From contig CAXBVE010000003.1 of assembly GCA_963979435.1 (NCBI GenBank), forward strand, positions 254 through 64,253: DNA of 64,000 nt. The letters run 5' to 3'. Position 1 is the first letter of the stretch, and each line of letters starts with the position of its first letter. The notes beneath the pieces are model-generated. The model was not told the origin of the DNA. It saw nothing but the letters and a program-made list of their open reading frames with translations, and did not search any database. This document shows, piece by piece, positions 8,980 through 18,617 of the stretch. The stretch is from an uncultured Candidatus Actinomarinales bacterium. GTDB taxonomy: Bacteria; Actinomycetota; Acidimicrobiia; Actinomarinales; Actinomarinaceae. The position numbers and the translations under genes were made by a program.

Positions 8980-10898
8980 TTTAGAAACTTTTTAATTTCA
9001 TCACCAATATGTTCTACCGTAAAATTAAAATTCTCTTGTAAGTTTTTAATTGGTGCTGATATCCCAAATTGGTCGATACTAAACGCTTTTGTTACATCTC
9101 CTAAATATGTTTCCCAACCTATAGATCTCCCCAGTTCAATCGTAAAATTTAAATTACTAACTTTGAGATTCTCAATGGCTTCGGGTTCAGCTTTTTCTAA
9201 TTTATTTAAAATTGGAGTACTCACAATTCTTACGGATGTCTCTTTGAGATATTCTCTGACATTAAATGCTAACTCTAATTCTGATCCTGATGCAAATATT
9301 GTGATTTCTGTTCCATCCGCAACTACTGATGCACCATTTGTAAAGTCTTTATAATCATTTTCAAATTTTAGGTACTCAAGATTTTGTCTTGTTAGAACAA
9401 TAGCCTTTGGATTACCCGATTTTGTAAATGCATATCTATAGGCATATTCAACTTCAATACTATTAGATGGACGTATAACATCTAAATTGGGTATTAATCT
9501 TAAGGCCATTAGGTGTTCTATTGGTTGATGTGTGGGACCATCTTCACCTAGATATATTGAGTCATGTGTAAAAATATATACTGAATCAATATCCATAAGA
9601 GCCGCAAGTCGTATGCTTGGCCTCATGTAGTCAGAGAAAACTAGAAAAGTTGAACCATAGCCAATTAAATGACTGTGTAGTGTGATGCCATTCACTATTG
9701 CACCCATAGCGTGCTCTCTTATTCCATACTCTAAATTTCTACCGGAGAAATCAGATGCTGAGAATGTAGAATCACCAATGATCTGTTTGGTTGAAGCTGT
9801 TAAATCTGCAGAGCCACCAAGAATATTATTAGTATATTTTCCAATTTCATTTAATATATTCGATCCTGCAATACGTGTGGCCTGTGTTAAATTTTCATAA
9901 TTGTAATCTATAGACATCTCATTAGATATTAGTAAATCCCAATTTTGCATAAATGTTGCATCACTTTTGTATTTTTCCTGGAATATTTTTTCCCAATCAC
10001 TGTGTGCATGGTTGTCTTCATCTCTCTTCTCAGCAAAATACTCATAAACATCTGAATCATGCTCAAATAAATCTCCTTGCCATTTCAGATTTTTCTTAAA
10101 TTCTTCCATCTCTTTAGCTCCAAGCGGTGATCCATGAATTCCACTTGTGTCTTGTTTGTTTGGTGCAAATTTACCAATGATTGATTTAGCCATGATTATT
10201 GAGGGCTTATCTATAATTAACTTTGCATCCTCAAGGGCTGTACTAATCTCATCCTCGCTATGTGCATCGATTTCAAGAACATGCCATCCAATTGCTTCAA
10301 ATTTCTTTTTTTGATCAGTGATCGATACTTTTGACACCCTTCCGTCAATTGAAATATTATTATTGTCAAACACATAAATTAACTTACCGAGTTTCCAAAC
10401 TGCGGCTAGTTCGGCAGCCTCAAAAGAGATGCCTTCCATTAAATCTCCATCAGAAACTATCCCATAAGTAAAGTGATCGATGATGTCTTCTCCTAAAAGT
10501 TCCGAGAGGTATCTTTCAGCAACCGCAAAACCAACTCCTGTTGAAAACCCTTGACCCAAAGGACCTGTTGTCATGTCTATACCTGTAGATAAATCAAATT
10601 CTGGATGCCCAGGTGTTTTTGAGTCAAATTGGCGAAAATTCTTTAAGTCTTCTTTTGTTAAATCAAAGCCATTTAAATGAAGTAAAGAATAAAGTAGCAT
10701 TGATCCATGACCTGGACTCAAAATAAACCGATCCCTATTTATCCAAGAGGGATTTTCATTTGACACTTTTAAAAACTTTTTATAAAGGACTGTTCCAACG
10801 TCAGCCATTCCTAATGGCATTCCGGGATGGCCGGATGCCGCTTCCTCAACACCTGCAGCTGCAAGAATTCTCAATGAAGTTGTGACTTTATCGAACAT
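8976..10898 (-). CDS. tkt: transketolase
   Basis: N-terminal ...AASGHPGMPLGMADV TPP-binding motif. 640 aa. Confidence 0.9.
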   Translation of the reverse strand: MFDKVTTSLRILAAAGVEEAASGHPGMPLGMADVGTVLYKKFLKVSNENPSWINRDRFILSPGHGSMLLYSLLHLNGFDLTKEDLKNFRQFDSKTPGHPEFDLSTGIDMTTGPLGQGFSTGVGFAVAERYLSELLGEDIIDHFTYGIVSDGDLMEGISFEAAELAAVWKLGKLIYVFDNNNISIDGRVSKVSITDQKKKFEAIGWHVLEIDAHSEDEISTALEDAKLIIDKPSIIMAKSIIGKFAPNKQDTSGIHGSPLGAKEMEEFKKNLKWQGDLFEHDSDVYEYFAEKRDEDNHAHSDWEKIFQEKYKSDATFMQNWDLLISNEMSIDYNYENLTQATRIAGSNILNEIGKYTNNILGGSADLTASTKQIIGDSTFSASDFSGRNLEYGIREHAMGAIVNGITLHSHLIGYGSTFLVFSDYMRPSIRLAALMDIDSVYIFTHDSIYLGEDGPTHQPIEHLMALRLIPNLDVIRPSNSIEVEYAYRYAFTKSGNPKAIVLTRQNLEYLKFENDYKDFTNGASVVADGTEITIFASGSELELAFNVREYLKETSVRIVSTPILNKLEKAEPEAIENLKVSNLNFTIELGRSIGWETYLGDVTKAFSIDQFGISAPIKNLQENFNFTVEHIGDEIKKFLN

Positions 10899-10918
10899 TT
10901 TAATAGTATAGGTCCTAG

Positions 10919-12547
10919 TTACACAGAGGCAAAAGAGTCTTTTGCGTGATATGAAGACCTAACAAGTGGTCCTGACTCAATATGAGGAATTCCAAAAGAT
11001 TCTCCAATTGATTTATATTTTATAAATTCCTCTTTATCAACATACCTATGAATTGGTCTATGTTTTGCTGTTGGTCTCAAGTACTGACCAATTGTTACAA
11101 TATCTACATTAATTTGTGAGAGATCTTCTAAAACGGCAATTACCTCTTCAAACTCTTCACCCATTCCAACAATGAGACCAGTCTTTGTCTTACCTAAGAA
11201 TGCTGATTCTTTTGCATACTGCAACAGCGAAAGGGATCGACCATATGATGCTGCAGTTCTTATTTCTCGCTGAAGCCGTGGAACTGTTTCTAAATTATGA
11301 TTTAAAACTTCCGGGCTTGCTTCAATAATGTTATCTATAGCTCCTTTATCTCCCTTAAAGTCTGGAATAAGTACTTCTACACTTGTTGAAGGGTTTAATC
11401 TCTTAACTTCATTTATTGTCTGTGCGAAAAATTGTGATCCACCATCTAAAAGATCATCTCTATTTACTGAGGTTATTACGGCATGTGTAAGCCCCATAGT
11501 CAGAACACTTTCTGCAACACGCAATGGTTCTAACTCATCAAGGTCATTAGGCTTCCCAGTATTAACATCGCAGAATCCACAAGCTCTGGTGCAGGTATCT
11601 CCCATGATCATAAATGTTGCTGTACCCATAGACCAGCACTCATATATATTTGGACATGAGGCTTCTTCGCAGACAGTATTGAGTTTTTTTTCTGAGATTA
11701 AGTTCTTTAAATCTCTGTAATCTTTACCTAAGTTTGCTTTTACCTTCATCCATTCTGGTCTTTCTGGCTCATTAGGCAATAATCCTTTTATGGTAATTGG
11801 TACAAGATTGTTATTTTTTTGAAAAACACCCTTATCAAGCATCTCATCAATTTCATGTTTTTTTTGTTTCTTAAGTTGGGTTGGAGTGAATTGTGACATT
11901 TGTATGCCTACATCTTCGTAGCCAAATTCAGCGGTAAACGTCTCTGTTATTTTATTCACAATATCATCAAATGAAATCTCAGAATTAAAAGTGTGTACTG
12001 AGGCTATTTTCTCCTCTTGATTTCCACATGGGTTTATGAAGTCAAAGCCTTCGAGTTTATCAAAGATATTTAGTGCGAAACCATGATATGTTGTCCATTT
12101 ACTAACTTTTACTCCTATCGATGCTATTTTCCCTTCTGATGTCCACACACCAGTATCATCTTCCTTTGAAAAAGCTTCTATATCAAAACTACCAAGAGTT
12201 TTAATTATTGTTTGCTCAAGACTTCTTACGAAAGGTATGACTTTCTTAGGATCTTGAAGTCTCATTATTGGATATCCAATTAGCTGACCCTTGCCGTGAA
12301 AAGTTACATCACCACCTCTGTCAGTTTCAAAAAATTCAATACCTTTTTTCTCTAGTTCATCACTATCAAGAAGTAGGTTATTTGTATCTCCTGTTCGACC
12401 GATGGTGATAACATTATTGTGCTCTAAAAGGAGTAAATAATCATAAGGATTATGTTCTCCTGCTACAGATTCTTTTAATCCTTTTTGTAGGATTAAAGCC
12501 TCAGAGTAAGGAAGGTTTCCAAGCCAACGTACGTTTAGCTTTCTCAA
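10919..12547 (-). CDS. lipB-lipA: fused octanoyltransferase LipB :: lipoyl synthase LipA (single 542-aa ORF)
   Basis: N-terminal 225 aa carry LipB motifs (RGGDVTFHGKGQ, catalytic K in KIASIGVKV, NPCG). The C-terminal 315 aa carry LipA motifs (CEEASCPNIYECW and the radical-SAM CTRACGFC). Continuous frame with no stop between them. Confidence 0.8.
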   Translation of the reverse strand: MRKLNVRWLGNLPYSEALILQKGLKESVAGEHNPYDYLLLLEHNNVITIGRTGDTNNLLLDSDELEKKGIEFFETDRGGDVTFHGKGQLIGYPIMRLQDPKKVIPFVRSLEQTIIKTLGSFDIEAFSKEDDTGVWTSEGKIASIGVKVSKWTTYHGFALNIFDKLEGFDFINPCGNQEEKIASVHTFNSEISFDDIVNKITETFTAEFGYEDVGIQMSQFTPTQLKKQKKHEIDEMLDKGVFQKNNNLVPITIKGLLPNEPERPEWMKVKANLGKDYRDLKNLISEKKLNTVCEEASCPNIYECWSMGTATFMIMGDTCTRACGFCDVNTGKPNDLDELEPLRVAESVLTMGLTHAVITSVNRDDLLDGGSQFFAQTINEVKRLNPSTSVEVLIPDFKGDKGAIDNIIEASPEVLNHNLETVPRLQREIRTAASYGRSLSLLQYAKESAFLGKTKTGLIVGMGEEFEEVIAVLEDLSQINVDIVTIGQYLRPTAKHRPIHRYVDKEEFIKYKSIGESFGIPHIESGPLVRSSYHAKDSFASV

Positions 12548-13824
12548 TTAAGATCATCTGCCCATGGATGGTTTTCTAATTTATCTTTAATACTATTTAG
12601 AAACAACAATGCTGTTGAACCATCAAAAACTCTGTGATCCCAGGTAAGACTAAGAACTCCGGTATTTCTTATAGCAATAGAATCAGATCCATCTGCAGAC
12701 TCTATAACAACAGGTTTTTTCTTAATGGATTCTGTGGAAAGAATTGCAACATTTGGCTGATTAATAATTGGAGATGTAATAAATGAATTAAAAGACCCAT
12801 TATTAGATATAGTAAAGGTACTACCTGTCACATCCTCGAGTCCGTATTCTTTATTTCTGAGAATAGAAGAAACTTCTGTTATCTTTCTAGCTAATCCACG
12901 TAAATTGAAGGAATCTGAATCTTTTATTGTTCCAACAAGTAAACCCTCTCTATTCAAGTCGACTGCAATGCCAAGGTTAATGAAATCATGAAGGTCATGC
13001 GTATTATTTTCAAGATCGAAGGAACTATTAACAACAGGGAATTCCCTCAAAGCATTAATAGTTGCAACGGATATGAAAGGTAAAAATGTTAAAGAGAAAC
13101 CTTCTTTTTTCTTGAATTCACCTTTTATCTTATTTCTTAGAACTGATATATTTTCATAGTCCACCTCTACAGAAGTCATTACATGGGCAGAGGTTTGTTT
13201 TGAAAGAATCATATTTTCAGCAATTCTTTTTCTGAGCCTAGGAATGGATCCTGTGGATGTTACTTTTTGTTTATCATTTTCTGAGGAAACATGATTTTCT
13301 TCTTGAGGATTTTTTTCAGGAACTGATGGTATAGGTTCAGATTTTAATAAAACCTCAATATCTTTACGTGTTATACGATTATTTTTTCCAGTTCCAGTAA
13401 CTTGTGTTAAATCGAGATTGTTATCTCCAGCAAGCTTTCTTACTATTGGTGAAAGTTTTAAATCTTTAGGTGCTTTTGTTACTATGTCAGCTTTAGAGCT
13501 CTCTATGTTGGATGTTAAGTCTTCTTTTGGCAACTCTACTTCTATGACCTCCTCAACTACTTTTGCGCCCTCTTCTTTTGTTGAGTCATCTCCACCAAGT
13601 TCCATTAGGCCGACTCCAACTTCAACTGTTTCACCCTCTTCTACTAGTAAAGAGGTCACTTTTCCTGAAAATGGTGACGGGACTTCTGTGTCTACTTTAT
13701 CAGTTGAGATTTCAAGTATCGGATCATCTTCTTTGACTTCATCACCCACAGCGACAAGCCACCTCAAAATTGTTCCTTCTGTTACCGTTTCCCCCAGCTG
13801 AGGCATTTTTACAATTTCACCCAT
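12544..13824 (-). CDS. dihydrolipoamide acyltransferase (E2) of a 2-oxoacid dehydrogenase complex
   Basis: N-terminal lipoyl domain (EISTDKV...). E3-binding region. C-terminal catalytic DHRVFDG motif. Confidence 0.85.
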   Translation of the reverse strand: MGEIVKMPQLGETVTEGTILRWLVAVGDEVKEDDPILEISTDKVDTEVPSPFSGKVTSLLVEEGETVEVGVGLMELGGDDSTKEEGAKVVEEVIEVELPKEDLTSNIESSKADIVTKAPKDLKLSPIVRKLAGDNNLDLTQVTGTGKNNRITRKDIEVLLKSEPIPSVPEKNPQEENHVSSENDKQKVTSTGSIPRLRKRIAENMILSKQTSAHVMTSVEVDYENISVLRNKIKGEFKKKEGFSLTFLPFISVATINALREFPVVNSSFDLENNTHDLHDFINLGIAVDLNREGLLVGTIKDSDSFNLRGLARKITEVSSILRNKEYGLEDVTGSTFTISNNGSFNSFITSPIINQPNVAILSTESIKKKPVVIESADGSDSIAIRNTGVLSLTWDHRVFDGSTALLFLNSIKDKLENHPWADDLN

Positions 13825-13828
13825 AGTT

Positions 13829-15835
13829 CTATTGTAATTCTTTAATAGCTTTTATAACATTTTCAACACTAGGAATAAAGCTATCTTCGAGTACTGGTGC
13901 AAAAGGAATATGGGTATTAGGTGACGTTACTTTTACAATCGGATTGTCCAATGTCCAAAACCCTTTATCGGCGACGAATGAGGATATCTCAGATGCAATA
14001 GAAGAAAATGGAACATCTTCTTGCAAAATAACCAGATTAGATGTTTTCTCAACAGATTTTAATATTGTTTCTTCATCTATTGGAAAAATACTTCTTAAGT
14101 CAATAACTTCAACTGAAATACCATCATTGTTTATTGTTTCTGCAGCCTCAAGAGCCGTTGGGACCATTCCAGACCAAGCTACTAAAGTTACATCTGATCC
14201 GTCTTTAACAATGTTTGCCTTTCCTATCTCTACTTCATATAGACCAATTGGCACTTCCATTTTTAGATCAGGTTTTCTATACAATTTTTTATGTTCTAGA
14301 AACATTACCGGATTGGGATCATTGATTGACGCTATAAGTAGTCCCTTTGCATCATATGGGTTAGCTGGTGCAACTACTTTTATACCAGGGTGATGGGCCA
14401 AAAGTGACTCTGGACTAATCGAATGAAAAGGACCCGATCTTGTTCCTGCTCCTGTTGGTCCTCTTACAACCATCGGAACTGGCTTTCCAGCCTTCCAGAA
14501 ATACTTTGCCGCTTCGGTAGTAATCTGATCAAGTGCTGGATAAACAAAATCAAAAAATTGAAGTTCGACAATCGGAATTTTTCCATAAAGTGCTGCACCT
14601 ACTGCTGCACCCATAAAGGCGCCCTCTGAAATTGGAGTATCTAAAACCCTAGATGAGCCATATTTCTCATGTAAACCTTTTGTAGCTTTGAAAGCTCCTT
14701 CAAATGCACCTATGTCCTCTCCCATCATGAATACATCTTTATTATTTTCCATAGCTTCATCGAGCCCATTTGTAATTGCTTCAATAACGTTCATAGTCTT
14801 AGTTTTCGAACCATCATTAGTAGCCACAGGTATCGATCTAGTTTCAAAGATATCTTGGATTTCTTCTTTGGGGTCCGGATCTTCCTGATCTTTAGCCCAC
14901 TCTAAAGTCTCTCTAACTTCAGTTTCAATTTTTTCAGCCAGTTGGATAAAGTCTTCCTCTGTAAAAAGCTCTTCTCTAGATAGTGATTCTTCAAACCTCA
15001 AAACAGGATCTCTATCCATCCAAAAATCTCTTACTTCATCTCCCACATATTCTGCAGGATCATGGCCAGCATGGCCGTAGTGTCTAAAGGTTACTAACTC
15101 TATTAGCGTTGGTCCTTTACCAGAACTTGCTTTATTACGGGCCTTATGCATTGCGTTAATAACTTCATATATGTTATTTCCATCAATAATGACAGATTCA
15201 ATTCCATAGCCTAAACCTCTGTCTGCAACATTTGGGGTCCCAAATTCTGTTTCATTTGGAGAGGAATAAGCAAACTGATTATTTTGAACAGTGAAAATAA
15301 TTGGTAGATTGTGAACACCTGCCATATTTATACTCTCATGCCAAGTTCCGGTTGCTGTTGCACCTTCACCACAGTTTGCAACTGCTACAACGTCATTGTC
15401 CTCAATCTGAGCTGTTAATGCCACTCCCACTGCAACGGGTGCTGAATCTGGTAATGGTGAGACAACCATTAATGTTCCTTTATCCACAACACCAAAATGA
15501 CTGTTTCCATCTCGGCCTTTTGATGGACCATCTTTTTTACCATAAAAGTTGAGAGCAATTTCTTTAAGTGTTACCCCTCTATTTATTTGTACTCCTAGAT
15601 CTCTATGTGTTCCTCCAAAAACATCTTGTGGTTTCATACCAGTTCCTATACCTGCCATTGAGGCTTCCTGGCCAATACCTGGATAGACGGCTCCAGAGAG
15701 TTGACCACCTTTATACATTTTTAAGAGTCTGTCTTCGAGAATTCTTTGAGTCTTCATTGATTTATAGATATCCCAAAGTTCATCTTTTGATAAAGATGCA
15801 GAATGTCCAAGTCGTTCAATTTTCTTTATTTCCAT
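13829..15835 (-). CDS. 2-oxoacid (pyruvate/branched-chain) dehydrogenase E1 component, alpha and beta subunits fused
   Basis: N-terminal half is TPP-binding E1-alpha-like. C-terminal half is E1-beta/transketolase-C-like (NVIEAITNGLDEAM...MGEDIG). 668 aa in one frame. Confidence 0.8.
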   Translation of the reverse strand: MEIKKIERLGHSASLSKDELWDIYKSMKTQRILEDRLLKMYKGGQLSGAVYPGIGQEASMAGIGTGMKPQDVFGGTHRDLGVQINRGVTLKEIALNFYGKKDGPSKGRDGNSHFGVVDKGTLMVVSPLPDSAPVAVGVALTAQIEDNDVVAVANCGEGATATGTWHESINMAGVHNLPIIFTVQNNQFAYSSPNETEFGTPNVADRGLGYGIESVIIDGNNIYEVINAMHKARNKASSGKGPTLIELVTFRHYGHAGHDPAEYVGDEVRDFWMDRDPVLRFEESLSREELFTEEDFIQLAEKIETEVRETLEWAKDQEDPDPKEEIQDIFETRSIPVATNDGSKTKTMNVIEAITNGLDEAMENNKDVFMMGEDIGAFEGAFKATKGLHEKYGSSRVLDTPISEGAFMGAAVGAALYGKIPIVELQFFDFVYPALDQITTEAAKYFWKAGKPVPMVVRGPTGAGTRSGPFHSISPESLLAHHPGIKVVAPANPYDAKGLLIASINDPNPVMFLEHKKLYRKPDLKMEVPIGLYEVEIGKANIVKDGSDVTLVAWSGMVPTALEAAETINNDGISVEVIDLRSIFPIDEETILKSVEKTSNLVILQEDVPFSSIASEISSFVADKGFWTLDNPIVKVTSPNTHIPFAPVLEDSFIPSVENVIKAIKELQ

Positions 15836-17202
15836 TAGTGCAGTCCCTTTCCATTTAAAGATAATAATGATTCTCCGACAGCCTCACTCAAAGTTGGATG
15901 AGCATGTATAAATTCAGCAGCCTCATCTGGAAGTGCCTCCCAGCCAACCATGTACATTAATTCATGAATCATTTCTCCAGCACTTGGACCACATATACTT
16001 GCACCAACTAAGGGGCCATCTTTTTGTGCATAGACTTTGACCAAGCCTTGATTCTGATTTTGTATCATAGCTCTTCCAATTCCTGCGAAACTATGTTGAG
16101 CTTGATTAATATCAATTTCTTCTAATTTTGCTTTATCAGAATTTAAACCGACTTCAGCAAGCTCAGGATTTGTATAAACAACATAAGGAATCGCAGAATA
16201 GTTAATTGGGCTTGTATTTCCAGTTGCAATAAATGTAACTGCTGACATTGCCTCTGCAAAAGCTACATGTGCTAGTTGGGGGGAATTGCTTATAATATCC
16301 CCTGCTGCAAAGATATTCTTAGTGCCTATTACTTGCATTGTTTCAAGGTTGACGTCTATATAACCATTTTTTGTAGTTACAGAGATATCTCCTAATCCAA
16401 TATTTTCAGTGAGAGGACTTCGTCCAATAGCTACCAGGATCGTATCAAAGTTTTCTTTTTCCCTATCTGAGAAAAGAACTTCTTTATTTGTAACAGAATC
16501 AATTGAAGTTCCCATTTTGAAAGAAACACCTCTTTTAGTGAGTTGTTTTCTTAACTCTCCAGAAGTTCTTTTATCAAGTCCTGGAAGTATTTCTTTTTCT
16601 AGTTCAACAACAGTCACACTTGAACCCAGGTCTATGAGGGCACTTGCAAATTCACAACCTATAGCTCCAGCACCCACAATACAAACATTCTTTGGTGGCT
16701 TCTCCCAGTTAAGGGCAGAATCCGAACTTATGATAAAATCATTATCAAATTGTAAACTTGGTAATTCTCTTGGTTTGCTACCAGTAGCAAGAAGTATATA
16801 ATCTGTTTCTATAATTATTTCAGAGCCATCTTCTTTTTTAACTAGGACAGACTGTTCGTTTTTTATCTTACCCCAGCCATTAATGACATTCACTTTTTTA
16901 CTTTTAAGCAACATACCAATTCCATTAACTAGCCCAGAAATGATATCTTGTCTTTTTATGGCTGATTTATTCCAATCTATTTCAGAAGTTTCAACTTGAA
17001 TGCCATAATCAGAAGCATTGTTAATTTCATGGTTAAGCTCTGCTAGGTGAAGCCAGTATTTTGCAGGTATGCATCCCCTGTTTAGACAAGTTCCACCAAG
17101 AATATCTGACTCTACAAGAGTTACTTCAAGGTCGAAGTTGTTTGCATATAGTGCAGCTGCGTATCCAGCTGGTCCTCCGCCAATAATGGTTAATTTTTTC
17201 AA
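15835..17202 (-). CDS. lpdA: dihydrolipoamide dehydrogenase (E3)
   Basis: FAD-binding GGGPAG. Redox disulfide GGTCLNRGCIPAK. C-terminal HAHPTLSE interface motif. Confidence 0.9.
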   Translation of the reverse strand: MKKLTIIGGGPAGYAAALYANNFDLEVTLVESDILGGTCLNRGCIPAKYWLHLAELNHEINNASDYGIQVETSEIDWNKSAIKRQDIISGLVNGIGMLLKSKKVNVINGWGKIKNEQSVLVKKEDGSEIIIETDYILLATGSKPRELPSLQFDNDFIISSDSALNWEKPPKNVCIVGAGAIGCEFASALIDLGSSVTVVELEKEILPGLDKRTSGELRKQLTKRGVSFKMGTSIDSVTNKEVLFSDREKENFDTILVAIGRSPLTENIGLGDISVTTKNGYIDVNLETMQVIGTKNIFAAGDIISNSPQLAHVAFAEAMSAVTFIATGNTSPINYSAIPYVVYTNPELAEVGLNSDKAKLEEIDINQAQHSFAGIGRAMIQNQNQGLVKVYAQKDGPLVGASICGPSAGEMIHELMYMVGWEALPDEAAEFIHAHPTLSEAVGESLLSLNGKGLH

Positions 17203-17365
17203 ATTACCTCTTTCTAGATAGGGTTTCTATCAAATCGAGATAATAACTGTACTTTTTTCAGGGGTTCCCATTAAAAGTAGTCAAAGTTATTGTCACTATT
17301 AAATCTAGTAAAAAAGAATACATTTACCAACTTAAGATACTCCATTAATTTGATAATATAAACGT

Positions 17366-17452
17366 ATGCAAACCAGATTCTTAATCCTTTCATCATTACT
17401 TACTGGTTTACTTATCCTTGTATCTTTTGGGATTTGGCTAATAACAAATTAA
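17366..17452 (+). CDS. 28-codon hydrophobic small ORF (MQTRFLILSSLLTGLLILVSFGIWLITN) ending 1 nt before the MBL gene
   Basis: ATG at 17366 and TAA at 17450. Single predicted TM helix. Not in the ORF track (too short). Speculative. Confidence 0.25.
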   Translation: MQTRFLILSSLLTGLLILVSFGIWLITN

Positions 17453-17453
17453 T

Positions 17454-18416
17454 ATGAATAGTTTTCAAATGCCTGATGGGATTTACCATATCCCCCTTAG
17501 GCTCCCATGGAGCACACCAAGTAATGTGAATGTTTATCTTATAGAAGACGATGATGGATATGTCATGATCGACTGTGGCGTAAATGGGTCAGAGTATCTT
17601 GATCTACTTAATGGTCATCTAAATGAGATTGGAATAAGGTTTAATGATATTAAATTATTAATAGGTACCCATATGCATCTTGATCATATTGGCCTATCAG
17701 GTAGCTTAAGAGAACTTGATATACCTCTCGCACTTTACGAAAATAGTATTGAATATCTCAGCGAATATAACGACTGGTCAGTGAGATTTAAAGATTTAAT
17801 TAGAATGGCAAAGAGTGAGAGTGCTCCTGCAGATTTTATTGATGATCTTAAATCAATTACTACACCCATGTACGCTGGAAAATTAACAAAGCCGGATGTC
17901 CTTTTAACAGAAGGCAAAATAACTTTACTTAAAAGAAAAATTAATGTTCTATTTACTCCAGGTCATGATTACAGTGAAATATCTCTTCACGATGAATACT
18001 CAAGAATTATATTCTCTGGTGATCATATACTTCCAAGAATTACTCCATTTATTCCAGTACAAAATGAAGATAGCAATCTCCTTAAGGGTTTTCTTGATTC
18101 TTTAGACAAGGTACATGCTGTAGATCACGATATTATTGCTCCGGGTCATGGAAATATAATCTCAACACCTCATAAAAGGATCGAGCAAATGAAACTTCAC
18201 CATCAAAGAAGATCAGATAAAATTCTAGAGTTTTTAAAGAAAAATGATTTAACAGGTTGGGAACTTACTAATCAATTATTTCCGAGAAAACTCGATTCAT
18301 TAAATCTCAGACTTGCATTTCAAGAAACTTTAGCACATCTTCATTTGTTGCGATCTAACAATGATGTTTCAAGAAATTCTACAAATGGTATAAAAAAGTG
18401 GTCTTTAAAAGACTAA
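17454..18416 (+). CDS. MBL-fold metallo-hydrolase
   Basis: GTHMHLDHIG (HxHxDH) metallo-beta-lactamase motif. Confidence 0.75.
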   Translation: MNSFQMPDGIYHIPLRLPWSTPSNVNVYLIEDDDGYVMIDCGVNGSEYLDLLNGHLNEIGIRFNDIKLLIGTHMHLDHIGLSGSLRELDIPLALYENSIEYLSEYNDWSVRFKDLIRMAKSESAPADFIDDLKSITTPMYAGKLTKPDVLLTEGKITLLKRKINVLFTPGHDYSEISLHDEYSRIIFSGDHILPRITPFIPVQNEDSNLLKGFLDSLDKVHAVDHDIIAPGHGNIISTPHKRIEQMKLHHQRRSDKILEFLKKNDLTGWELTNQLFPRKLDSLNLRLAFQETLAHLHLLRSNNDVSRNSTNGIKKWSLKD

Positions 18417-18616
18417 ACAGGCTTGTATCCCCTGTTTTTAGCTTCCTCTAAGGAATCTGGTGAAAAGGATTGAATTTTATTATTTTTCAACATTTCCTTT
18501 TCTTCATATAGAGTTTTAAGTGTTTTGAATTGTTGGTCATTGTCACAGTCATAAACCTTCATATTTAACCTATTTCCTAGGAATCTATAATTTTCAAACC
18601 TGCTTAAACGACCCAC
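18413..18616 (-). CDS. hypothetical small protein (67 aa)
   Basis: Exactly fills the gap between the MBL gene and the acyl-CoA dehydrogenase gene. No motif. Confidence 0.35.
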   Translation of the reverse strand: MGRLSRFENYRFLGNRLNMKVYDCDNDQQFKTLKTLYEEKEMLKNNKIQSFSPDSLEEAKNRGYKPV

Positions 18617-18617
18617 T

